This document shows positions 37,037 through 50,271 of a stretch of DNA of 64,000 bases, one piece after another. The notes under the pieces are model-generated. The model was not told where the DNA came from. It saw only the letters and a list, made by a program, of their open reading frames with translations, and did no database searches. The DNA is taken from contig CAJINV010000013.1 of the NCBI GenBank assembly GCA_905178155.1, positions 1,063,790-1,127,789 of the forward strand. The letters run 5' to 3'. Position numbers and translations under genes: made by a program. Every line of letters starts with the position of its first letter. The stretch's first letter is position 1. The DNA is from Amoebophrya sp. A120 (lineage: Eukaryota; Protista; Dinoflagellata).

Positions 37037-38600
37037 ATGCAGTTACCGCAGACGGGCCACCCAATGGATGGCCGCTCGGTGGGAGCAGTCCCCCACCGCG
37101 TCGTCGAGGCGCCCAGGGAGATGGAGCACCTGACCCGCGATGGAAGACATGGACCTCTGTCACACCCCGTAAGAAAAGGGCGGCGCGAGGTCTTAGCGGC
37201 CCATCCGTGGTAACGTAACCACCTAGAAGCAAATGGGAGGGGGGGCGGGCGAAACAAATACCACCCCGAAAGTCGGTGGGCTGTCCTGACTAATCTTCTC
37301 AAGTCCTGGCTACCGTAAACTAAGGGCTGAGGGCGGACACGGGCATAAAATACCGCCCGACCATCCTCAGCCTAGGCTCACAGGCTCGCTAGCCTGTTGC
37401 TACCCGGGCATACATTTTATGCAGTTACCGCAGACGGGCCACCCAATGGATGGCCGCTCGGTGGGAGCAGTCCCCCACCGCGTCGTCGAGGCGCCCAGGG
37501 AGATGGAGCACCTGACCCACCGGCGGAGGCCGGATACGCCGAAGCATCCCAAAGAACCCGCTGTGGCGCTTGCGGCCAGTAGATGAATTTGGGAAACCGG
37601 TGCGCCCCATCGATGAAGGCGTAGCAACGAACGACGACGGGCTGAAAAGTGGGCCGATAGACTAAGACGCGGGCCTATCAGAAGGGTCCGCCAAATAGAA
37701 CGAAAAACCGCGATCGCCCAGGCTTAGCATAGCCCCATTACAAACCAATCGGACGAGTCTCGGTCTCGCATAGCGATGGGAGGGGAAGTCCGGATATTTA
37801 TCTCAAAGCAGATCCAACGAAGTCCAGCGCTCTAGTCAGGGAGAAAGTTCGCAAGGGTAACGGGTTCGAACCGCCAGTGCCAAACGACCCCTCCTCCCAT
37901 CGCAAAGCGAGACCGACCGCCGTTCCTCGTCCCGAGGACAGAACGGCCAGACAACACCTATCCCGCATAGATAGCTGGCAACGAGACGTTTCCGACCTTC
38001 GGAGTCCAAAATTCCCGCACAGCGGACCAAGCTAGACCTTCGGACAAGCGAAAGCCAGAACTTGCGAAAGGCGGAAGCCAAATTTCCCGACAAGCGGAAG
38101 CCAAAGTTCGAGGCTCCGAAAAAGCGGAAGCCAAAATTTCCGACAAGCGGAAGCCAAATTTTCCGACAAGCGGAAAGCCAAAATTTCCGACAAGCGGAAG
38201 CCAAAATTTCCGACAAGCGGAAGCCAAATCATCCGCAAAGCGGGCCAAACAATCATCCGCAAAGCGGGACTAACGATCATCCGCAAAGCGGGCCAATCAT
38301 CCGCAAAGCGGGCCAATCATCCGCAAAGCGGGACTAACGATCATCCGCAAAGCGGGACTAACGATCATCCGCAAAGCGGGACAAACGAGACTTACTACCA
38401 ACGGCAGGGGCGTTACTCCCTGGGAACAAGAGAAGGCGAACAAATACCACCCCGAAATTCGGTGGGTTGTCCTGACTAATCTTCTCAAGTCCTGGCTACC
38501 GTACACTAAAGGGCTGAGGGCGGACACGGGCATAAAATACCGCCCGACCATCCTCAGCCTAGGCTCACAGGCTCGCTAGCCTGTTGCTACCCGGGCATAC
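37037..38600. mobile_element. Head-to-tail pair of non-autonomous elements (37037..37413 and 37419..38600), Helitron/Helentron-like
   Basis: Identical 100-bp left ends (37037-37136 and 37419-37518) and near-identical ~165-bp right ends (37248-37413 and 38435-38600). ATTTT occurs at all three junctions. Subterminal hairpin ACAGGCT-CGCT-AGCCTGT. No ORF. Confidence 0.75.
38040..38380. repeat. Two adjacent minisatellites inside the larger element
   Basis: ~23-bp unit CCGACAAGCGGAAGCCAAA(A)TTT (about 7 copies), then 7 copies of ATCATCCGCAAAGCGGG(CCA/ACTAACG). Confidence 0.9.
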
Positions 38601-38668
38601 ATTTTCGTGGTCTTTTATTTTTTGTTCTCAAGAAGTAAACACCTGACTAGATGAAGTAAGACTTTGTT

Positions 38669-41600
38669 TTATTGAATCATGTAGCAGATCCTGGGAAACT
38701 GCGGGATGACACTTCTTTCCAAGTAGAAGGGGTGCTGGCTTAGAAACGTCTGCACCGCGCACCGCTCCTCCACTGTTAGCAGCGAAAGCCTCGTCGTCCG
38801 CCAAAGGTTTTCAAAGTGCACAATTGACCGGGCCACCGGGTGCCATTCCAAGCGGAGCGACAGAGGAAGGGCGGAGTCGTAGAACCGAGATTTCAGCAGG
38901 ATGGAGGTTTGCTGGTCGTGGTGCGGGTCCTTGTGATGTTCTACTTCTTCTACTTCCGCCAATCGCCCTCGTCCTCGACTTTTTCTAGTTTTTTCCCCTC
39001 TACTACTTCGCTGAAGAGCCGGCCCACTGCTCCTTCCTTGGTACCCGAACTGAAATTCCAATTCGTTTTCGTTCCTACCGTTCGGATCAACAAGTACATT
39101 CTTTTCGCTTTCGAAATTATTAAACGGACCACTGCGGGGCACGTAGGCGAACAACACGCTCCACAAATGTTCGAAGATCATGCAGATGGCCTTGTTGTAA
39201 ATTTTCGGCGTCGATGTGATGTCAACCCGGACGGAGACAAAATCGGTGACGCGCGGCCCCCGCAGCGCATCCGGCTGAAACATCGTTTTCGAAAGGCCTC
39301 TGTGCACCTTGTTGTGCCACGCGGCGCGGTAGAAGTTATTTGATGCAGTTCTGCTTCGGTCGCGGCGCCGTTCTTGTTGTGGTGCCTGTTGTTCAAATCC
39401 CGCACTTATCAAATGCAAAAGTGTCTGGGTCTGGAAGATTCTGAGATTTGTCATGCATATTTTGCATGACCCAGGATGTCTGTAATGCACGACCTAGCAT
39501 CACAGATTTTTAGAGGGCTTCCCAGCCAACTCCGCATGACAAATGCCCTCCCCGCGTAGCAGAAACGAACCCTCTCTTGCTGGTCATGCAATACAGATTT
39601 TTTTAGAGTCCAAAGTTAGCATCACAAGTTCCAACGTTCCAGACCCAGACACTTTTACATTTGATAGCACTACCGCTGAAAAACGCCTGCCACGTGTGCT
39701 CGACCGACTGCAGGCCAAACGCCACCTGCGTGTACCAGGAACGCGCCTTTGACAAAACAGCCGCTTTCGACAGGAGAAAGACCCCGTAGTCGTATCCGCC
39801 GAAGTGGTGTTGCGGCAGGGTGAACTTCTCTTGAAACAGCACGTTCCAAATTCTGCGGTGGAGCTGCAGCTCGTACGCATCCGGCAGGCGGTGGTACGTG
39901 GCTTCCTCGTAGTTGATTTTCCCGCGCTTGATCGGGTTCTTCGTCTTTGCGGCATCGAAGTACTTCGATTTCACAAACGTGCGGAATTTCTCGAAGTAGG
40001 AGCGAGATTTCATCAAATGTTCTGGCTCATCTTCGTGAACTACTACAGGATCGCCGCTCGGTGCTGGCAAAAGTCTCTCTTCGACAAACTTCTGTATTCT
40101 GGCTTGCTTCATAACGGATTTCAGTCGCGCTTTGGCTTTGTCATCTACTGCACGACGGAGTAGGGCGGGAGGCAATGGCACTTCTGTATTCTCTATCTCT
40201 GCACCGGAAAAACCAGCAGGGTCCGCCGCACCAGGTCCATCATTTTCATAATTTGGACTGATGGCGCCGTCGGGAGAAATAGGAGTTCTTGCGCTAGAAG
40301 ATGTAGCGTCAACATTCTCGATCTCTTCGTACCACCCGTCGTCCATTTCGAAATCCTTTTTGTTCAAGAAGTCGCCCATTTCCCCGCTCTCCAACCCGAC
40401 TTGGTGGTACACAAACGTTTCGGGGGAAACGAAGCCGCCGAAACTTGCTGGTTGAGATACAACTGTGCCTGCGGTGCTGTGGCCGTTCTGGCCGTCAACT
40501 ATTATTTCCTCGCCCGCTGAGGACAATCTTCCTTCATTCGTTTCTGTGCTGTCACGACGATCAGCAACGTCCTCGCGGTCCTCTCTTGGCGGCCACATTA
40601 AAAGAGACTCGCGGCCCGCCCCCTCGTCCACGCTTCCACGAGATGAAACCACGCCAAATGCTTTCGACTCGTCCGACGCAAGGAATTTCTCCCGCAGTAA
40701 TGAAAGGGGTGGAGGAGAGGACGTTAATGTTGCACCAGCATCGTGGTCTTCTTGTATGCTAGTTGTACTTCTTGTAGCGGCCTTAATGTTGCTCATTATC
40801 TTCCTGGTTGGGAACACTGGTTCGTGCAAGAGCGGTCCGTGCTGCCGTTTTCCCAAGTGCACCACGTCTGCCTTGATCTCCCGCTTCCACTCCTGCCCCC
40901 GCTCCAACGCTTCAAACAAAGCCTGCATGATGCCCGGCGTCGCGTGCTCCCGCCAATCGGGGTGGGCCATGAAAGTCACATCCGGCAGCTCGTCGTAATA
41001 CTTCGCCAAGTGCCAGAACCGCACTCCCACGTCCAAAGTTCGCACGTCTTCCTCGTGCGAGTCGTCGAAAAACACGGAATCCGCACGAAACTTCGCGCAA
41101 CGGTCGAGCAGGTTCGCCGCGAGCGGGTTTTGAAGGAATCTCTCCACTTCCTGCGCTCTCTTACTCTTAGTCTCTTCTGTTTCATCTCCTAATGAAGTTT
41201 TGCTGTCCAGTAGCTCCTTCGCGGAAAAAACCCGGTAAGTTTTGTCCGTTGCTTTTTGGTGAAACGCAAAGGAATTCGTGTCGGACGCGGTGGTGGGCAT
41301 CTTCGACGTAGTTTCTTCGTTGATAGAAGTCCTTGATGCACTCCTACTTGGCAGGAACCGCCCGAACTCGCCGCACAGATCGTAGAAGAAAATTCGGCTC
41401 CAGCCGGGAAACACGGAAATGTCCAAATCTTCCACATCGGATTCGGCACAAACGGGCAACACAATGTCGATGGAAATGCGGTTTTTCCGCACGCTTTCAG
41501 GCAGCTGCGTCCGCCCGTTCCAGTACTGTTTTTGCACTTCCGACACGTTTTCGTCGCTCCAGGCGCCAATGTTCATCACGGAGATGCTGTCGGACCGCTC

Positions 41601-44600
41601 CGACAGCTGCGCCCCGCGGTAGTAGTGGTGCTCGCGGGGCTTCTTGTTCTCCTTTTCTGCATCCGAAAGCAGGGAGGCAAGCAGCTCGCCGACGGAAATC
41701 GCGGGCTGGTGTTCTACTTTTAGTTCTTGTCCTGAGCCTGACGCTGTGTGATCAGCAGTCTTGCCTTGTTCGGAATCTTCTTCATCCAGGCGGTCCTCAC
41801 TGGATGAAGCGGAATGATGTTTATCTTTCTCCTGCTCGCGTCGAAAAGCGTCACAAACGCAGTCTTCGTAAACCAATCGAGACCCGACTCCAAACTCCTC
41901 GCACGTTCTCCTCATGTAGGCATGGAGGAAGGACGCACTGGTGTTCGCAGAACCAGAAGCCCCCGACGACGTGTGGTCGAGAGCAGCAGTTCCGTGGTCG
42001 GGTATCTCAAACTCCAGAATGTGTAGCTCGAGGACCTGTTTCAGTTGTTTCAGCAGCGAGAGCTCTTCTTCTTCGACGTCCACTACTACTCGTGTTTTAT
42101 TCCCTCTTGCGCCTTCAACACCCTTGCTGTTACGTCGACCATTGATGTTCGCGCCAGCGGTGCTGGTCCTAGTGCTTATTTCTTCTATCACGCTCTGCAG
42201 CCAGCCCCTGAGCTGCCAGGCGTACAGCTGCGCCCGGCAAAGACTCACCACCCGCAGCATCTTCAAGCGGATGATTTGCACCGCGACGGCCAACGGACGG
42301 GACAAGACCAGTAAAATGGGGAAGCCCATACGCTCCAGCCAGATCCAGTAGATCAAAAATTTCGACGGTAACTCGTTGCTCTTCGATTGGCGCGCGCGCT
42401 CCACGAGCCTCAAATACCGCTCGTGGCGATGCTCGTTTGTTTTTGGCGGTAAAACCGCAGGCGGGTCAGTGTAACCTTCTTGTCCTTCCGGTTCAGGTAG
42501 ATGATCCTCGTTGCGTTCATTCAGTATTGCGGCCAGCACATCTTCCTCCGGACCATGATCCACCTCGACATCCACATCGTGTGGATGTGGACCAGTAGTA
42601 CTCTTCCCGGTTCTCGAGTCGTCGCTTGAAACATCAATATGAGCGTCACGCTTTTTATTTCCATCGAGGAAAAATCGCACAACAATTCTGACGAAGTCAA
42701 ACGCTGTGAAGTCAGCGTTTCTGGATACCACCCACTGTCGTATCTGCTCCTTCACCGTGCGCGGCATGAAACGCATTCTTTCCGCCGCCAGAAAGTCCCC
42801 AGGGACGGACTCCTCCTTCGTCTGTATCACCTGCTGTTTCAGCTGCTCTTGCTGCAGGGTTCGGGTGATCTCTTTGTCGATATTTGCACGTTCTTCCTCT
42901 TCGTCAACATGACGTTCTTCAACAAGCCCCTTGTGCGGTTGCGCTCCCTCGTTCCGCTGGGCCTGGTGCTGCCCGTCTTCATCTCCTTCCTGCTCGTCGT
43001 ATATTACTGCAGAACTGGCGCTCTCCACCGGCAGCGCAACAGCAGCACCAGAAGGAAAAACCCTATGCCTCAGCTCCTCTCTTGCCCGAAAATGCCGAAT
43101 CACCTCCCAATTCCACACCTCGTCACGCTCCAGCAGCCAACTGCATTGAAATGGGTTATACGGTGCTGCAGGAGGAGGTGGAGGACCAGCTGTTGACCCG
43201 ACTACTTTTTGTTCATCCGGCCGATGTCGCGGTGCCGCACTGGAAGCATCTGTTTTTGACTTTTCACCGCTTTCAGCACCCTTGTCAGAATTTCCTCCCG
43301 CGTCCGCGCGGTCTGCTACGAGGTCTTCGGGAATACCTCTCGGAGCTCCTGCTGCTGCAAAAGGTTTTCTCATACGCTTGCACTCCGCATACCCCGCGCC
43401 GTCGTCCGCCTCAAAGCTGTGCTGACAGTGGTACACGGTGCGCTCCGCCATCTGGCGTTCAATCCACGGCACGTAATCCGGCGTCAAAGGCGGTCCTTTA
43501 TTCCGATACACTGGGTTCTCCGAATGCAGCTCATTTTCTTCGTCTTCTTGCTGCCCAGTTGCTTCACGTCTTCTATCTGCGCTACTTCTTGTCTCACTAA
43601 CCAACAACCGCATGTCCTCCGTACTGTGGTAGAAAGGAGTGCGTTTCAGAGGGCCTTGCAACGAATCGAAGTCTTCCAGCAAACACGTTTGTTCCTGTAG
43701 CTGGTTCACCTCGAGAGACACCACCAGGTTCCAGAGAAAGGAAAGCGCAGGATTAGCCGTTCTAGAAGTATTCTGCGTAGAGACTGTTGCAAAAGATGGC
43801 CTGAGGCGAAGATCGGATGATCTGGAGTTCTCAAGTCGCGAACTGTAGATGATCTCGCTTTGTCCTTCCGCTTGCTCCTCACGAGTAGTCTGCTCGGTTC
43901 GTTCCTGATCCTCGTCGTTTCTATCGTTTATTCCATCTAGCTGCCTAACAGTGTCTTTACTGCCAGCAACCGCGTCGTGTCTGTTTTGCTCGTTCTCCTC
44001 CTCGCGTCTTCGCAATAGATACGTCTCACCATCTTCTCGGGCCTCCGGCCCGTCATAATCGAGCACGGACTTCCCGTCGAACCACCACTGAAAATCATGA
44101 TACGGTGAGCTGACTGTTTCATCGGCGTGGTCCGAGGGGTTGTTCTCAGGATCATTTGCCGAGATGAATCCCCGGTCCCGCAGCCAGGGCATCAGGCTCG
44201 AGAGCCGCACTGCTCGCTTCCCGTAGTCCAACAAACTTTTGAGATGAAACAAGCCGCCCAGCTGCTTCCGGAAGACGACCCGGGCGTGATCGCCGTGGGG
44301 CAGCGAGATCGGAACGTGCTTCCTTTGCTCGTACTCCGGCGGCCACAGGGAGGACGCATCATCGTCCCACGTGCTGCTGGGCTCGACCTCGAAAAACAGC
44401 CGGCCAAGCACGGGATGGGAACGGGAGGACAGAGTACTATTTTCATCATCATCATCAGTTTTTGCGGCCGTGGTACTGGTCGTGTAGGAGTCGATACTGT
44501 CGGTGCTCGTGCTGCGTGGCCGTTCTAGTGTTTCTTCTTCAGGAGGTTCTGGTTTTCTATTTTTTTGATGATGTTCTTGGTTATGATTCAGTAAACCGTA

Positions 44601-45011
44601 CAGCTCTGTGACCTCCTCCACCGACAAATGCTGGGTCCGCTGACAGCACAAGTCGAAGGTCGGCTGCAGGTCCTTCGCGATTGGGAGCCAGTGGTCTTTC
44701 CGCGGATCGAGCAAAGATCCATCTTCGACGCCAGGCAAGAAACAGACCCCAAGACCCTGCGGCAGAACTCTTCCCTTCAACAGGTCGAAGGACCGTTTTT
44801 CGTCCCTTGTGGTCTCGTGTGTTCCTGATGTGCTCCGCCCCTCGCGGCCCTCGCTTCCATCTCGCACTATTCGTTGTTCGTTTCTGCTCTCGTCGAGCAG
44901 AGGATGTTCTTGATCCACCGGCGCGTTTATTTTCTGCTGGCAGCATTGCAAGTGAATCTCCAAATCCGGGAAACAGGAGATTCGGCTCCACGCCAGAAAT
45001 TTCAGAACCAT
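38669..45011 (-). CDS. Large (>2000 aa) protein with a C-terminal DUF3431-like domain; further 5' exons likely (about 45170-45880)
   Basis: Motifs FWHLAKYYDELPDVTFMAHPDWREH, FLLSKAAVLSKARSWY and CMIFEHLWSVLF. Removing the F1 element at 39407 joins FFSGSA|GFEQQAP. Confidence 0.75.
39407..39666. mobile_element. Introner-like TIR element, family F1, inverted relative to the 34124 and 53407 copies
   Basis: Near-perfect 30-bp TIR; TSD GCACT at 39402-39406 and 39667-39671; interior is the reverse complement of the 53407 copy. Confidence 0.93.
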
Positions 45012-46174
45012 AGCGAGTAAAGAGTGCCATAAATTCGCTAGCGGCGGAGGGGCGGGTGGTCGTGCTGAAAGGAAGTACGAGAACCTCCTGCTCCGACATT
45101 AATACCTTTGGGGGTTCAGATCATGCAGATATACATAAGTTGTGGTCTTTGTTGTAAGTACTTACTACATTCTCCTGCTCATATCGATATGGAGGCAAAA
45201 ACTCCCAGCACAACCCTTTTCAGTAGCTCGTAGATCGCCGGCCTCGGCGCAATTATACTTTTGACCTCAGTTGTGCCTACGGGATCCTCATCCTGACTGT
45301 TGATCTTGTTGAAAACAAAATCCGATGTCTGCCCACAACCATCGCCACGGCTGAGATCCACAAAGCACAGGCACTACCGTGATTTTCATCCTCGGAGAGT
45401 TACTTCTAGTGTGTTCCACCGCGGCGAAACTACACTGCTCAACGGCCATCAGACGACATGCATGCGATCAAAAAAGTAGAAGATCCCTGAGTATGTATGT
45501 GCCTCATTGCCGTTTTTTTTATGGCACAACACCAAAAACTGATCCTCGAACGGCCGGAAGATGCCCGTGTACAACGGAAGATTGATAGCCTAGTACCAGG
45601 ACAGGAAACTCACACCATCTTCATCAACTGCGACGCCGTCAGAAAGGGTCAACAGATTCAATCACATACACGACACACGCGGAACGCAAAGACAGGACCA
45701 AAGCCGATCATCACACAGGCGAAAAACATTGCTTCCTCATCTTGCACCATCGTTATCGACGACGATTTGCCGGCAGAGCCTGCAGAAAAAAATTGCTGGG
45801 AAGCGGGGGGACGAATAGGGTTCTATCTTTAATCCAAGGGGAGGGCTGCAAAAGTACTTAGGGTGGAGATGCTGGTGCTATTGCACTAAGAAACAAGTCC
45901 TCGCGTTTTACTATTTATGTTCTTTAAGATCCTAAAATACAAATTTGCAACTAGGATTCCGCGGGGCAAAACGAGTACAACGGTATAGCGGCGGTAGTTT
46001 CATCTAAGATGAAAAGAAGTACTTAAGTAAATGAAGTGTCACAAAAATCCGGGGCTTCGAGTTTCATTTTCTATCTCTTCGGGCAGTATAACGAGTTTCA
46101 TGTTTCACGAACTTGCAACTGCTCTTTCTTTTCACCTCTTGTCCCAGCAGAGAGTTCCTCTTCTATCGTATCTA

Positions 46175-49100
46175 TTATTTCCACGAATCGAAGGGATCCC
46201 CCCGCATGAGCGCTTCCAATTTTCCTGGATCTTGCATGGCTCGCACGACGTAACCCGCACGCTCCAATAAATCGCCATTGATGGACGCCGTTGCCAGCAT
46301 GACCCAACAAGCCGCGTAGTAGTTCTCGTTCGCGATCTGCCGGCGAGAAATGGTCAAGCCGGCGTGGTCCAGCACATCCTGCTGGTTGTATTGCAAGACC
46401 TCGCTCCCCGTGTACTGGTGTACCAAAGCCGTGGAGATGGGGCCAAACATGAAAAAATTCCACTGCCACGACGAATGGATTTTGCTTGCGAAACACTCCG
46501 GCGGGGCGGGAATTCCGGTCATGTCCACCCCCATGTCATTTTTTCAGTCGTTGCCCGCAACCGTCTCTCCCGTCCACATATCACGGGCAAAAGTAAATTG
46601 TGTCAGTTACTTTCGTGCGCGAAAAATCTTTTGGCCACGCCCCTATTATGTGTTTTCGCGTTATTATGAGTACTTATCTATCGTGTGACTTTCTCTTTGT
46701 GAACGGATCCTGCCTATCACTCGCACTTTTAGAAGGACTTTTGCCACACATATCATGCTTTGTCCATTTGCAAGACGATGCGGTCGAGAAACTTCTGCGA
46801 ATTGAAGTCTGCCACGCCCTTATACAGGTGAAATACACTGTGCTGGTGTACCTTTTTCAAATTTCAGTGCAGACCACCATGCAAGACAGTCAGTAATACA
46901 ACTGTAATCAATGCCACAAACCAGCGGCAGGTACAGGTAAACTTGAAATAACCTAGTTTACATTTCACGAAGCAAACGAATATGAATAACCTATGGATGC
47001 ATGAATGAATGCCTACTTATGTAACTTCGTTCCTCGTCCTCGGTCATGCGAAATAAATTTGTGATGCCATTGAGGTCTTCAAAAAAAGCTACACCAAAAC
47101 ACAGTTTTTCCCCCTTGATAGCCCTCGATCGGCGGCTCGTGCGCGTACCACACGCGATCCGTCAACACTCGCCACACGCCCCGAGACCCCTCCGAACCGA
47201 ACTCCTCCTTGGGGGTGCCCGACCCGGCCAACTCGAGGCGGCCGTAGCGGCGGTCCCCCACCCGCTGCGTGGCGTCGGCCCCCTTCTCGTTGGTGTTGTA
47301 CCAGTTCGAGATCCACCCCGTCTGCGGGCACTGGTTGTCCTTCAGCATGTTGTAGGTCCCCCGCAACAGCTTCTCCCACTCGCCATCCGCGTGCGACACG
47401 AACGGCGGTTCACCCGGAGAGGCGCCTGCGAAACTATCCGGCGGCGGCCACTCGGTGTGGTACCCGGACGGGGGGCGCTCGAAGCGGTCCCCAGGCGGGG
47501 CCCCCACGACGGACTCGAACGCGTCCATGTAGTCGCGGCACAGCCGCCACACCGCCGGGCCGTGGTAGCTCGGGTTCTGGCCCTTGCGCGGGTGGGTATC
47601 GGACACCCCGAACCCGCCCCAGGACGTGCCCACGGTAAACAGGTACTGGTCCTCGTTGACGCCCTTGCCCTTGTCCACCAAATGCACCATCACGTCCTTG
47701 CAGGACTGGTAGCTCTCCTTTGCCAGGTTGCCCCACCAAAGGTAGTCATCCCGGTCCGCGGCGGTGGTGAGGACCAGGAGGATCATGCCGGCGATCCCGT
47801 CAATGTCGCCGTCCGAGGCCGAGTTGCAGCCGCCGCTCAGGTGTTCGGTCAGGTCCGGTTTCACCTTCCAGTGCGGGAGACAGGGGTGGCAGACCCTCTC
47901 GGCCTCGCGCAACTCGTGCATGTAGACCTTGTCCATGCCCTGAAAGGGGCAGTCCGGGCCGCAGAAGTAGGCGGCCATCACGTCGTTGCGCCCAGCGTGG
48001 TACTTGATCGCAAAGTCTTCCTTGCACTCCGTCGAAATGTAGCAGGCCTGGCGCCAGCCGTACCAGGTTTCCAGCGTCTCCTGCACCGCCTCGTCGTACT
48101 GCGGGTCCGATCCTTTGCGCCAGCCGTAGGCCACCCGCATGGCCGCCACGGTGGTGCCGCCGATCCACAGACCGTAGCCCTGCCCCTCGGACACCACGCC
48201 CCTGGCCGCGCCCCCCGAGGATACGACCACGCGGGCGTCCACTGTGGTATCGAAGTACTGCACGCCCGGCGTTACTTGGGTCATGGCGCCGAGCCACTCC
48301 TTCCGGCGCGCGTTAGTATGCCCCGCCGTCGTTGTGGACAGAAACTGCGAGCCCGCGGGAGCTGGTGTGGGCGGTAGGGGGCCGGGCGATGCGGTACCGG
48401 ACGGTGGCGTGGGGCCTGGCGTTGGCGTGGACAACGGATCGGGATTAGTGGTACTAGTACCACCTCCGCTGCTGTTCGGCGACGGAGCAGGAGTGCTGCT
48501 TCCTCCTGTGCTCCCCGCCGTAGTGGGTTCCGGCGCTTCCTCCTGCGCGACCGCCACTTTCGCGCCAGTTTGCACATTCACCAGGTACGTGCCGTCCCAG
48601 CGGTGCGCGTGGTCGCCCCACACTCCCTGGTCCCAGTCCCAGAGCCAGCATTGCAGGCCTTCCGTGAGATCCTTGGCGTGGATTGGCACCATCTCGGGTT
48701 CCTTGGGGTCCACGGTAAAATCGGGGAAGTAGCACACCGGCCGTTCATCTTCCGCCACAGGTGCTCCGGAACCGGACCCGTTCGCGCCAGTTTGTTCACC
48801 ATCTTCTTGCCCGGCAGCCTCCGTTGCTCCTGCTTCCTCGCCGGAACTCGTGCAGCATGATCCAACGGCGCCCTCGGCTGCATCTTCCGCGACCGTTCTC
48901 TCATCGAGATTCGCGACGGAAGTACCCAGCATTCCCGAGGAGGCCCCCACAGCAGACGGCGCGCCACTGCTGGAATGAGCAGCCACCACGCTCGGCGATT
49001 CTTGCGTGGGCGACTGAGGCGCAACTGCCTCCCCGCCGACCGTTGCACCACTATCGCAGACCATCGGAATGGTTACGTCGGTGCGGGTGGCGGTATCCCA

Positions 49101-50271
49101 GGTTTTCCGGGCGATCCCGTAGGCGCCCTCGTAGGAGCAGGTGTCGGTGAGCTGCTGGATGTCCGGGGGGTTGGCATTCATCACGATGCAGTACCAAATA
49201 TAGCCGCCGGGGCGGGGGTAGTGAGGTCGTGGGCGTTTTCTTGCCGGCCGTCGCCTTGGCCGCGGCCTTGCTTTTTCTTGGCTCGCCATGCCGCCGCGAG
49301 TAACGTTAGGCCGCACGGTATGGCGGCCGCTCGATAAACGTCGCAAATTTTAGCAAATTCCCGAAATTCCTTTCCGAAAGACAGCCCCCATGCTATGGAG
49401 CCGATCCGGGTGCCACGGTGGGCGCCCAAAAAGCGAAGGAAAATCGGGCCCATAGCATGCGGATTGGCTTTGCGCGTCTGGGGCGCTTTTTCTTTTTCGC
49501 GTTTTCATTTTTCACGCCGGCGCGTTTTGCAAAGCTTCCCAGGCTCTGAAACCGGCGAAAAGGCGGCCGCTTTCGCGGCCGCCCAAAATGCTCCGAAATC
49601 GCGGCCGTGCCATGCTGTTTCGCTGTTCTGATTTTGGGCGCGTTTTTTGCGCGCCCCTTTTTGGGCGCCCCAAATCGCCAGAAACCAAGGCGGCGGGCGC
49701 CTCAGAAGGGCGCCCCTTTTGCCGGCTCCCCTGCGTCGTTTTATCAAGTGCGAATCGATAGTTTTCGACCGGGCTTGTTTGATGGCAAAGCCCCGCCCGC
49801 TTGATAATTGAAAATTTTTTATGTCCAAAAACGCTTCCGGCCGCTTGAAAACTGCCGATCGTTTTTCAGGGTATATGGCAAAAAAACTCCCTGGTTAGAA
49901 CCGTTCGGTAACCTCACTACATACCAGGACCCGCCTTGGGTGTCGCACTCCCCCTCCCCGAGGCACTGGCTGTACCACAGGTCTTTTTTGTAGCAGAGGT
50001 TTTTGGAGCCCTCCGCCACCGACGTACCGGCAGGCTCCGCGTCGCAGCAACGCTCCTCCGTGCAACTGTCCCACCGCTTTTTGGCGCAGGTGTGGCCCGG
50101 GGGGGCCGAGGGGTTGTGGTCGTCTGAGGTCGTCGAGGAGGAGAGAAAAGTCTCCGCGTGCTCCGTACGATTTTCATTTTTCCCGGTATTTTCGTTTTTG
50201 TCGGCGGCCATGCCCATGCCGTGCTGCTCCTCCTTCTTCATCTTCTGCTGCTGTATAGTCATGACTTTCAC
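46175..50271 (-). CDS. Glycoside hydrolase family 8 enzyme with an N-terminal Cys-rich CBM1-like module and a P/T/S linker; 5' end unresolved (possibly to ~50850)
   Basis: GH8 motifs VVSEGQGYGL, SASDGDIDGIAGMIL, NPSYHGP, FGSEGSRGVWR and a last exon with NYYAACWVML. Cys module CAKKRWDSC...CC...CYKKDLWYSQCL...C...W|YC is completed by removing 49197..49921 plus one TSD. Confidence 0.82.
49197..49921. mobile_element. Long intron-like insertion with 5-bp TSD and a short subterminal inverted repeat (family F7)
   Basis: TACCA at 49192-49196 and 49922-49926; inverted repeat GTAGTGAGGT (49218-49227) and ACCTCACTAC (49911-49920); interior alternates A/T runs and GC runs. Confidence 0.7.

Noticed and set aside
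38040-38380. CRISPR-like array of short hairpin repeats
   Set aside because: The units are directly tandem with no unique spacers, there are no cas genes, and the context is eukaryotic.
37037-38600. LTR retrotransposon or ribozyme-bearing retroelement
   Set aside because: No TG...CA ends, primer-binding site, polypurine tract or RT ORF, and no hammerhead core recognised by eye.
47046-48377. 443-aa plus-strand ORF and similar antisense ORFs across the window
   Set aside because: These are shadows of GC-rich minus-strand exons and have no recognisable motifs.
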